The position numbers and the translations under genes were made by a program. From Priapulus caudatus (taxonomy: Eukaryota), in contig NW_014577072.1 in the NCBI RefSeq assembly GCF_000485595.1, forward strand, positions 219,233-283,232: a stretch of DNA of 64,000 bases, in the 5' to 3' direction. Shown piece after piece: positions 43,390-55,600 of the stretch (the stretch's first letter is position 1; the number at the start of each line of letters is the position of its first letter). Under the pieces are notes generated by a model. The model worked only from the letters and a program-made list of their open reading frames with translations. It was not told the DNA's origin and did no database searches.

Positions 43390-44934
43390 AGTTTCGCTTA
43401 CGAATCGTCTTGTGTAAACGTGATCTCTTTGTCAATAGGGCGCGGTTTAGCCTTCGTCATCTCCTTATTTTTACAGCTCCCGTTTTTCCTGTGGCTCTGT
43501 AATTTACCATCTGGCGATTGTAAACCGTATTTCATTTCCTTATATAGCTTCGCCGGTGATTTTGCATACGTATTTCATTCTCGTGATTCACGGAGTCGTC
43601 TATCGGTACAGGTCGCGCCTTAATTCCCTGTGCTCCTCTAGCTTTCCGTGCTCCCTCACCACAACTCCCCCTCTCGCCTTCTACATATATCGTATCTCTT
43701 TCCGCCTGCTGTGGTTACAATCTTGCATTGCCGCGGTGTCTGTGGACACGTAATACCTATACTAGCAAAAACGAATTCGGTTTATAGTGCACAGTCCGTT
43801 ACTGTAGGTTTTGGAATCACACATGTCGTGTCGTTGCCTCATGCGTGACTAGCAGCCGCTACTTCCTATATGTACGTATATCTAGATATTTATCATTCTT
43901 GCGATGCTTTCCGATTTTTTTTACAGTTATTCAGGTGCGGGCGTGCATCGGAGCACCACGACGCTGCGCGTATTCATTACAATGCGAAATAAGCGTCGTA
44001 CTGGACCCGAGAAGTGGCCAAGGAGGCGGCCACTTAAATCTAGATTATACGCGTAAACCCACTGAAATTGACTACCAGTATCATAAAGAAAGAGCGTTGA
44101 GTGTCTGTGTGCCGCTAATCTACCGCACCTGGCAGGTAACGTGCGCGACAACAGAAGCAGGAATGTCTTACCGCGGCGATGATGCGAATTGTCGCTGTGT
44201 CGGACACACGCGGTACTGCCCAGCTTCCGCGTGCAGCAGCTGCTGAATTCCTCATTGGAGGAGGGTGTCATTATCTCTGCGAGGCGCATCTCTTATTGGA
44301 TGCGCACGTGCCGAACCGCTCCCTCCCAGCTGCTGAACGCTACCCGCCCGTCCATTGTCACAAACAAAATATTCTGCGTAAAAAACAGTAGTTCTTTACT
44401 AGAATGGACACCGCGTGTGCGTGCGGATAGCGCCATTGTTCTCCCGTGGCACGCACCGTCTTACGGGCGGTTTTTATGGCTGCGACGAGTGCGTCGGTGG
44501 TCACGATCTGAAGATTATGTAATAATATGCGTGCCGCGGCCTCGGGATTCTCTAGCTACTGTCATGATTCATCGATTTTTTAACGTCACCGTCGGAGTGA
44601 GTCATAAGCGTTCGCCACTTAACCCTTCTTCACTTCTGCGAGAAGCGAAATCTTGCCGGTATTTCCACGAACAAAACCGGAAAGGAAAAACTCTATTCGC
44701 GCTATTGTGCGATCCTATCTGGGTGGTCTACGCACGATCCCATGTTTAACCCGGGCTGTTGTCGCGCATTGTTACTCTGTCTCGAACATCGTATGCTATT
44801 GGTAGCGTTAATAGGCAGACGCCTGTCGCATATCACAGATCCAGCGCCGTATCAAAGGGCTCTTTATGCGCGTTTGATAGCGGTAGGGAGTAGCTAAGAA
44901 AGCAAGCGAGAAAGAGAAAGAATGCACGCGGGGC

Positions 44935-44965
<31 letters not shown>

Positions 44966-47900
44966 AAGGGAAGGGAGGGCGCAGAGTAAGAGAAGGGGGA
45001 TCGAGAGAGAGAGAAAAAAAAACGAGAGAGGGCGGTAGTAGATATCGGTAACGAGAACAGCGCCCCTGGCGGTCGTCGCAGCACTCCGCTGCCGCCCGTA
45101 GCGAGAACTAGCCGCGTGCAGATGTTACTGCGCTCGCCTTTCTGCGCTGCTCTCACAAGATGTTATCTGCCGCGTGCAATACCTCGTTTAATGTCTCGTT
45201 GCGTGGTTTCGCGCTCAGATTGGCGGTGCCCCCGTGCAGACCACACCTGCGTCTGTCTTAAACCTGCTACCGCATTTCGGTAATTGGAGTATAAAGGCGG
45301 GGAGGTGAGGTATAGCACATTTTCGTGATAGGTGGTAGCCGCTATCCGGCCATCTGCTGGGCATAGTGAAAAGGAACGTGAGGAATGACTATTTGTCACT
45401 GTAAGAGAATTTTCCGATTACTAATTGGAATAAATATTGAGCACGTATATAACATGGTTATATAGCGCCTATTAGCATGTTAGTTATTGTACAGCTGTTG
45501 TATATTAACGAATTATCTTTCCTAACCGTTATACGTTATTACATAATCGCTGTGATGAGATTAGTGACTTCATTAATATCCGGGAGCCGTGCATTTTGCT
45601 GACAATAGCTTGAAGTTATGCTAACCTATGCCATGTTTAGCGCCGTGTCGGGTCCATTTCACTGAACAGCGTTGACCTCTTAGAACTATTATCTTGTTTA
45701 TCAGTTAACGCACTAAACAAAGCGCAAACAAAATTGTCTGGGTCTAGCTTCAGTAGATGTGTGATACTGTTTAGGTCATTACCAGAAAAATGGACCGCCC
45801 GCAGGCACTCTGCACCGTGATTTCTTTTCACTATAATCGTCGGCGACAACAGATATTTCTCCTAATTTCCAGTTTTCGTATCTTATCTGCGTGCGGCCGC
45901 ATTGTTTACGCGGTTGTTTATTTACGCGTCCGTGTGACATTTATTCCGTCATGTTGAGCGTGACAACTCACGACGCGATAACGATGCGACACAATACCGA
46001 CCGACGGGCCTCAATGTTATCAGCTCGGCTGCTGCTATTTGCTGTCATCTATATCCCATAGAGTACACGCAAATTGGTTCCTATTGCGCCGACAACTTCC
46101 CAAGTAGATAGCAAGGTTGGGGCCTTATTGCAATGCTATCTGGTGTATCCTGGCGAGCCGACCTTCTCTAGTTTACACGGGTAGTGGGTGAGGCCGTGGG
46201 TATAGGATGCAAGCTCAGACTGTCTGCTAAGCGTGTGTGGTTAACGTTTGTGGCCGTTGTTGGCAAATTGGGAAGATCGGTCTTTCTTAAACAAAATGTA
46301 TGATCAGCGAGGCGTCGCAGAAAGAGTGAGAAATGTAATGATCTGGTGGATATGTGATGCAGAGTTTGTAATGTAAAGCGAAACCAGTCATACACATTAA
46401 ACGCACCTACGCGATGAAAACTAGAGACAGTTATTATGCATTTATACGCATTTTCAGAGGAAGGACGTGGTGAAATTTAAATAACAAACGACGTCTTCGT
46501 GATAGCAGTATTCACAGTATTAATGATGATCTTTTTCTAGAGAGATCCTGCGTGAAATTTTGTAAAATTTGCACGTCAATTTCTTTATCATTATCTTTGA
46601 AAGATAACCCGTCTCGATTTTACAGCTGTGCAAAACACCGGTGCTAGCGCATTAGAAGTATAATTTTTCTCAGGATCTGTTTTACATTCTACAGATGATA
46701 CATCATCTCAGTGTGACATCTTTGTTGAGCTTTAGGCCATGAAACGTTGAGTAAATGTTTTTTCAAGACTGACGCGTGATGCTGCTAGTGCAAGCGTGCT
46801 ACATTGGATCAATGACGAAAAAAGGCTCGCTTTAAGAATACAATTCGTTTTTCCTCAATGCTAATGAAATAGTAGTCATTTTAAACATGAAATACAGTAG
46901 TTTCATCTGTAAGACATTTCTCGGGACGTGAGCACTGACTGAGAGCTTGGTTTCTTAGGGTGGCAACATGTAGGCAGAAGGCCTCGGTAATTATATCGTC
47001 CTTCGCGGTAAAATACATTGCGAGCTCAGAAATTTAGGAAGCAAATAGTTTCAAACTGCTGCGTTGAGCCTACAGCCAGCAGCAGTGTTTTCCGGGGACT
47101 TTGCGAGTACTCATCAACCAATATAAGTGGATTCTACAGTGTTGTAAACCCGCTCCTAAGTGCTGTTTCCTGTGCGCAATTTGACAACGACTTTGAAAGT
47201 GTCTTAGACTTGTGTCAGTTTGCATTCTCTAATGGTGTCCGTCGTTAAGTGCAGTGCAAGGTTAACGTACGTGGAGGGGTCATGCACGAAAGACGCGAAT
47301 GAGTCTGTCATTTCGTGACGAGTTCATGGCGATTGAACCCAATTGAGAGGTAGAAAGACTTGACCTGAGAATCATAGGGCTGTCTTGGTATGCGTTCCTT
47401 TCTCGGTGCAACTCGATGCTCGAGTTTATTAATCCGCGGGTTTCCGCACACAAATTTACGCGTTAATAAATGTTTCCGCTGACATGCGAAGTAAGATTGT
47501 GACATCCAAGAGTACACCTGGTTTTTGTCTTACGTGGTTTTTCCTCAGTTAATATCTTGTTGGATGAATAGCAGCTAGGCGTGGTCGTGGGGCAGGCACC
47601 CCCGCCCCTGCTACCAAATCACCATCATCTTCACGGTCACAGCTACCGGTTCAGAGCGATAGCCGCACGTTGTCTCCGCGTACGTATAGTGCTGTTCATA
47701 GCTGATCCAGCCCGGCAACGTGTAATTTCGATAACAACTATTGTTATCGCTGTCTGGTTGAACTCATTTAAGGCCAGCGCCGAATTTATCAGTGTCAAAT
47801 TTTGAATTATCTTCCATTTTGCGACTTCCTAGTGTAGTCACGCTTGCCGCAAATATGAGCGCTTGCATTTGGCCTTTTCAATCTCGGGCTGTCATTGGTC

Positions 47901-50564
47901 TGTGTCAATAGCAATGCCTCGTGACGGTTATAACAACCTGATGTAGGCGAACTATTACATAATCCGAGTAGAGTGATATCTCTGGTGACGTCATCGTATT
48001 GTGAAAAGATTGCATTTTGATGTTGTAAGCGCGACACGTGTACGTACACGTGTGTCATTTGTGTTTGTCTTTCTGCCACTATATGACTATCTATAAAACT
48101 GAAATGATATTGCGTCACCCTGGCTGTAAGTTGATTATTTATTTATTGATGGCGCAACGCATTGATGCTGAGATATTAACTATTGTGATTATGGGCTGTC
48201 AGAATTTACACGTCTGCGCATTGCGTGTTATCTTGGTTTTTAATCATTTCCTTCGGTGAGATTCCTATGATTACCGAATGATTTCTCTGCACTTTCACGG
48301 TTATCCATTTTATGGCCACTTGTTTTGCATGCGTGAACTTCATATGCACTAGTGCTGTTATATTTTTTTAGTATCATCTGCAGGCTGACAGTCATATAAC
48401 TAGTGTCCGTATATATACTGCAATTTATCGTATGTATAATACCTTGATAATACGTGTGCAGGCAGAAATTCTCAGGAATAATTTCACCCTCGATTGTGCG
48501 CAGTTGCCTTGGACATTTGGCCTATTTTTAGGCGTCTAAATCTACTGTGTGGGCTTGCATGTGTAGAATGCATGCAGCATATATAGGCAATTAATATTAA
48601 GTAATTTCAAGTGTCTATTTCGACGGGCGCATAAACAGAAATGTATGTCTTATCTATTTCTTTGGTTAATTTGCGAAGAGTTGCGATCTTTAACGGGTTT
48701 CTCTAGCATGCAGGTAAGACAGGCAAGATGATTATCTTCATTAAACGCGTGCGGTAGCGTGTGACACACGTATAACTAGCGGCGGGGTAGTTGCCAATGT
48801 TTGCATGAATTATCTTCAGGTAGTTTTGGCTTTTGCCGCTCTGCCACACAAGGTGCCGTATCCGATACTGTCCTGCGTAGCCACTCTCAGACATCTGCTG
48901 CGAAGATCCGTCATTACCGCGTGATTTATGCATTATGTAGATCGCTCCCATCACCCAACGCTCTCAGTATGACTGAACATTCTCCTGCATAGCAGCAGCA
49001 GCAGCAGCAGCAGCAGTAGAAGTAGTAGTAGCAGTAGCAGTAGCAGTAGGAGCAGTAGCATTAGCATTAGCAGTAGCAGTAGCAGCACCAGTAGCATTAG
49101 CATTAGCAGTAGCAGTAGCAGCACCAGTAGCAGTAGCAGTAGCAGTAGCAGTAGCAGTAGCAGTAGCAGTAGCAGTAGCAGTAGCAGTAGCAGTAGCAGT
49201 AGCAGTAGCAGCACCAGTAGCAGTAGCAGTAGCAGTAGCAGTAGCAGTAGCAGTAGCAGTAGCGGTAGCAGCAGCAGCAGCAGCAGCAACAACAACAGCA
49301 ACAACAGCAGCAGCAACAACAGCACTGATACAGATCAGCATCCTCGTGGCAACGAATGTTGTCGTAATAATGCGCGACAATCATCCATCCACAAACGAGG
49401 CAGCACGTGCGTGCGCGCGTGTTTGCATGCGTGCGTGCGTCGTGTGCGTGAGCGCGTGAGAGAATTTTTCGAGAACAGAACGCCGCTACGCGTGCATATA
49501 TACAGCCTGTCGCGACATTTTAGTGGTGCGCTTGTTTGTTACCGCCGCCGCCTTACAAGAACAGGACCCGTGTGGCCAGCAGGCGCGAGGAGATGTAGAG
49601 GTACCGCTCACAACCCAGCGAGACATCTAACGGCGTCACTGGGGGGTCGCGTGATGTCACTGCGCGCGTGTGCAATAAGATGGGGCTGCGGGCGCTCAGG
49701 CCAGTCATAGTAGTGACGGAGCATGCAGGTGATGTGCGCACCTGGGACACTCCGGTCTATCCAGCGGGACGCCTGATAGCGCAGAGAACGCCCTTTGATC
49801 CTCTTACTTGACGTGCGCTAGATATTTCCAGTGTGGAGAGTTTTTGCTGCCTATTCAGGTATGGATATGATATTTTAACTGCGTTTACGTAACAGCACGC
49901 GTAACCTAATGCGGTAACCTTTTGTGACCTTGCGATATTCGCAAGACAGTTCGATGAGTTGTCGATTCATCAGTTGCGCACAATAATTATTTTGTTATGT
50001 GGCAGAGTACATTCTCATATACTATGTAATAATGAAACACGAAACGAAACCGCTTTTCTTTTTACAAAAACACAAATTGAACACACACACGCACGCACAC
50101 GCGGGCGCGCGTACGCACGCACGCACGCACGCACGCACGGACGCACGCACGGACACGCATATATATTACATGTGTAATCGTGGCGTTTTTACCTATCAAC
50201 TTTTAGAAAAGGTTAGTTTGAATATAATGTGAAGGTTAATGTTATCATCAGTGACAAAAAACATCTAGCAATGCGTGCTGTGCTGTGTGCTCCCGTTTCG
50301 ATCACGGCCGTCGCGCTCCTGGCCGGCCGAGGGCCATAGCCTTCCCCTGAAACCACGTGTGGTCCGTGTCGTTCCAGCTCGAATATTCAGATTATTCAAT
50401 TTTGCGATACGGGGTGAGGTGCGTGTGAGAGTTTTCCCTTTTCACTATATCGCGTCGGCCAGCGCACCTGGAGCATTATCCCCCCGGCGCTCTCAATGCA
50501 GGAATAAACGCTGACAAGATTGCAACAACGCCAGCCTCCCACTGCGCGCGCGGCCGCGGCTCCC

Positions 50565-50629
<65 letters not shown>

Positions 50630-51629
50630 CTCTCTCTCCCTCTCCCTCTTTTCTCTCCCCTCTCTCTCCCTCTCCCCTCTCCCCTCTCTCCCCCTCCTCT
50701 CCCTCTCTCTCTCTCTCTCTTTTTTCCCCTCTCTCCCTCTCGCTCTCTCTTTCTCTCTCGTTCTCTTTGCGAGTGGTAACATGGCGGACAGCGATACGGC
50801 AGCGCGCGGCATACGCGCCCATACACGCCGCGCGGTGCGAAACTTTTCAATTAAATGGGACCACCCGAGGTCGAGCGATCTTTATTGCGATCGCGCGTAT
50901 ACGGTTGATTCTCAACAGCTGCTGTTTAATATCGGTATAAATTGGCGATTTTCACAGGTGATTTACTATGTATCGCGATGATGAGCGATCGCTGGTGGAT
51001 GGGAAGGAGGGGGGGAGGAGGAGGAAGAGGAGTAGGAGGAGGTGGAGGAGGTGGTGGAGGTGGTGGAGGTGGAAGAGGAGGAGGAGGTGGAGGAGGTGGT
51101 GGTGGACGAGGAGTAGGAGGCGGAGAAGGAGGTGGTGGTGGACGAGGAGTAGTAGGAGGAGGAGGAGGAGAAGGAGGAGGAGGAGGAGGAAGAGGAGGAG
51201 GAAGAGGAGGAGGTGGAGGAGAAGAAGGTGGTGGTGGACGAGAAGTAGGAGGAGGAGGAGGAGGAGGAGGAGGGAGGAGGAGGAGGGGGAGGAGGAGGAG
51301 GAGGATGTTGGTGGTGGTTGGTGGCGGTGAGGGGTGGTGGTGGTGGTGGTAGTGGTGGTGGTTAGGTCATGGGTAGGGTGAGGGAGGAATGGAGGGTTGG
51401 GGCAGCGGTGAGGAGGGGGAGGAGAGACAGTGTCACCATATGTTCATCAACCCTTCCAGGCAGCGCGCATTGCGCAGGCGTTGCAATGAATAAATGTCTA
51501 TCTATATATCTATATGAAACACTGTTAGATTCATATCGACGCACAGTGCTATAGACGCGACTTTTTCGCGCTTTTGTTTTCTTCAGTCTCTCTGTTTTGC
51601 CTCGTATCCCTCTCTCTGTCTCTCTCTAG

Positions 51630-51689
<60 letters not shown>

Positions 51690-51691
51690 CT

Positions 51692-51745
<54 letters not shown>

Positions 51746-52439
51746 TCTCTCCATATATATATTATATATTCACACACGCGCGAACGCATGCACGTAAGCA
51801 TTTATACTATATATATATATATATATATATGCGGTTTTAGGGTTATATATCTGCCGTGGACAGTGAGCTGGCCATTTCTAACCCGAGGCTCTCGCTCCAC
51901 TTACATATACCAGCTCAACTAATTGGCCTCGCCTTCCTTTCTTTATGAAACTTCCTTCGCCCGAGGGCTCAGATAGGCAGATGATAGGACCTAGGCAGCG
52001 CAGCGTTGCTGACGGTCGTACCCGCATCCGATTTCCTCTGCCTGTCTGCCGTCTCTCTCTCTCTCTCTCTCAGTCTTTTTCTCTTTCTCTCTACCTGTGT
52101 GTGTGTGCGCGCGCGTGTGTGGTGTGTGTGTGTGTCGTGTGTGTGTGTGTGCTGTGTCGTGTGCTGTGTGCGTGCGTGGTGCGTTGCGTGCGTGCGTGCG
52201 TGCGTCGCGTGCGTGCGTGCGTGCGTGCGTGCTTGTGCCGTGCGTGCGGGCGTGCCGTGTCGGCGTGGTGCGTGCGTTGCCGTATTCGCGTGGCAGTTGC
52301 GTCGTGCGTTGACGTGCGTGCGTGCGTGCGTGCGTCGCGATGCGTGCCCCGTTGTGTAGGTGCTGTGGCTGACTGTGTGTGTGTGTGTTTGTGTGCGTGC
52401 GTGCGTGCGTGTGTGCGTGCGTGCGCGCGCGTGTGTGTG

Positions 52440-52500
<61 letters not shown>

Positions 52501-52625
52501 ATCTCTCGCTCTCTATATATATATATATATATCTCTCTCTCTTTCTCTCTCTCTCTATCTATCTATCTCTCTTTCGCGCGCGCTCTCTCTCTCTCTCTAT
52601 CTATCTATCTCTCTTTCGCGCGCTC

Positions 52626-52669
<44 letters not shown>

Positions 52670-55600
52670 TCTTTCGCGCGCGCTCTCTCTCTCTATCTAT
52701 CTATCTCTCTTTCGCGCGCTCTCTTTCTCTCGCCCATGCTTACTCGCGCTCGCCCCCTCTCGCTCTCACTCTATATCTATCTATCTATCTATCTCTCTTT
52801 CGCACTCTCTCTTTCTCTCGCTTACGCTTACTCGCGCTCGCCCCCTCTCGCTCTCTCGTGCTCGCGCTCGCACTCTTCTCTCCTCTCTCGCTCTCACTAC
52901 TTGTGTACTCATTCAATCGCGCTCTCTCCCTTCTCTCGCTATTCCTACTCGCGCATTCTCTCCCTCTCACCTTCTCCTTCTCTCTGTACAATTGATCTTG
53001 TCTGGGACTATATATTGTAGCGACCATAGCCGTGGTGAACATGAAATAGTAGCAGTAGCATAGTGTCACTGACTTACTGGAATATTGCCAACTAGAGGTA
53101 ACGCTGCGTGTTGTTTGTAACTAAAGTCGCCGTGAGGTCTGAAATACCTGATCAAGTAGGAAAAAGAAGAAAGCTTGTGTGGCGAATTCGTCGCCATGCC
53201 AACAGCCAGCGCACGAAATTTATGATGACATTTTTAGATGGCTATCTGATATTTGCTCAGGGCACTGTCGGAAGAGTGCATCAATGCGTTTGAATCAGTA
53301 GAAACACATCGGACAGCTCTATTCTTTATATCTCTATCTATCGCACTGTACATAAATAAATAAATAAACAAATATATATATATATATATACGTCGTGTAG
53401 CCGAGTACGCTTTACGCGTATATAACTAATTTAGTGTATGCGTACGTATATAGTTTGCTCAAGGCGCTATAACTACCGACCGGTTTACGACTATAATTCA
53501 ATTATTCGCAGCACTAATAAATTATTTGCGTGATCACTTCATTCAGCGAAACATCCGCTCGTTTGTTTTCTCGTCTTTTCACCTCACCTGTCATTGTCTC
53601 TCGTATCACAGCGAGAGGAAGCAACATCAGCGCCGTGAAATGAATTCTTTTTCGCCTATCCAATTTCTCTCAATAGAATTTGCATAGTAATGTTCTGCAG
53701 CCGACCAAGACGAGTTGAACAAGCGTTCGTACAGCTTTCGGCTGTCTGTTGGAATTTATTTTCTGTCGCCATGCCGCGTTCTATTTGTCTCGAGTCTGCA
53801 GTACGATAGCGAAATATATAGGCAGTGGGTGAAAAGCGCAGCGCACATTTAAATTCGCGTGAATATTTTTTTCTGACATCAATTAATGTATGTGGTTATA
53901 CGACTTTTTCTACCAAGGCATATTCGTGTTTTTTTCTGCAATTGACATGTTTACTGTGGGATGTTAAAGTAATAACTTTACTGTGTTTTCTTTATATTTG
54001 AGAGCATTCAGCCATTGTTATAGTTTCGATGCAATAAAACCGTTTAATGAACCTTACGGTAAATTCATGTGAACCCAATAGTAATTATTTTATATACTAT
54101 GTGCAGAAACGTTAATCGATTTCATTTTGTCAAATTCAGTAATCAGTTCTTGATCTGTACAGTTTACCAATTTCTGTCTGACCATGAGCATAGGGCTGGA
54201 AAATGACTAGAAGTATGAGTTGCACTAGAATAGCGATGTGTTAGACTATAATAGTATAATCCCAGCAATATCGTGGTTCCATCGCATGCCCTAGAGCCAC
54301 AAAACCTGCTGGAGTTTATGAGGCACTATTAGGCTCAGAACATGCAAGGTTCGCATTAAAATTTCAGGCTATAATTTGGTCAATCAGATTTATTCCTCAT
54401 TTAGGAATGTTGAATTTGAAACTGTGCTAATTTGGTATGTACAACCTGTCTGGCCATGAAAGAGTAGTTCTTTACTGCATGTGCGTGTGTCGTTCTCGTG
54501 CACATAGCTTCAGTCGGAATCACATAATCAACCTTGTGTTGTCAAAGTTCAGAGGAAATGCAGAGAGAAATTCGAAATATTGTCTATTGTCGAAACTGGC
54601 TTTTATACAATGGAATATGTGGGGTTAGGGTCGTAAAAGAGGACGACTTCGCAGCTATCCAGTAAGCAACACATGGTTATAAACAGGAAGAATAGTTAAA
54701 CAAAGGTCTGAGGCTATTGTTGCATATAGTGGTGCGTGTGATCTTCAAAAGCATTCAGGTTCCTTGACTACACTGCGTAGTCTGTTAAATTGTCACGTGA
54801 TACTGTAGCATCATAACACAATAACACTCCTATACACTGTTATTACCAAGGTTCAAGACATCTATCACTTTATTGCGTGCAAAACACTACAAGTGGTCCT
54901 CTGCAGGTCAGTCACGCCACTGGTTAACGTTACGTGACCCTACCCCCTTTACGTAATAACCGCATAATACACCCGCATAACTTGTTAGCTTGTTCTCTTT
55001 GCGGTATGTATTGATATAATAAGCTGTCAAGTCTATTGCTTGGTTTAGTGCATCTCTCTCGCTTTGAGTGTAATGACGTACCCCATCCTGTGTTTTGGGG
55101 AACTAGTTTAATAATTAGATACTGATGAGCAATTTAACAATTAACCAAACTTAGCTATAATTTATAGAAACTGCTCTCCCTTTGTATAGATTTGCTTATT
55201 TGTCGACGTATTTATATTGTAATCTAAAGAACATCAACATCCTGCAATAACGTGGGTTGTTATAGTTATATCAGTGAAGTATAATGTGAACTATCATAAT
55301 ACATGAACGCGTCATGTGCCTCTCCTGCAGGTCTATTACAAAGCAATAAAGGACATAGAAGCTGGCGAAGAGATGTTGCTCTACGAGAGAGATGCTGTCT
55401 ACCCAGAGAGTGAGCTGGAGAACCTACCCGTAGATGAAGGTAGGGGGATGATTTACTCAAATCAACATATTTCTGAATACGGCCAGTAAAATAACGATCA
55501 TCCCGCACGAATGGTAACAGCTTGGCCTTTGAGATAGAGGAAGGAAGCGTCACCACAAATGTTTAATATGCATTCATGTCGATCTGCTCATCAGATGAGA

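Noticed and set aside
45058..45075. CTCF-like site (CAGCGCCCCTGGCGG)
   Set aside because: One base short in the core relative to the consensus GCGCCCCCTGGTGG, so the register does not fit.
3293..53069. Many ORFs rich in VC/RA/TH/SL/ER/G/L, such as 6088-6726, 48951-49325, 50942-51352 and 51945-53063
   Set aside because: They are translations of microsatellites, open in several frames, with no domain content.
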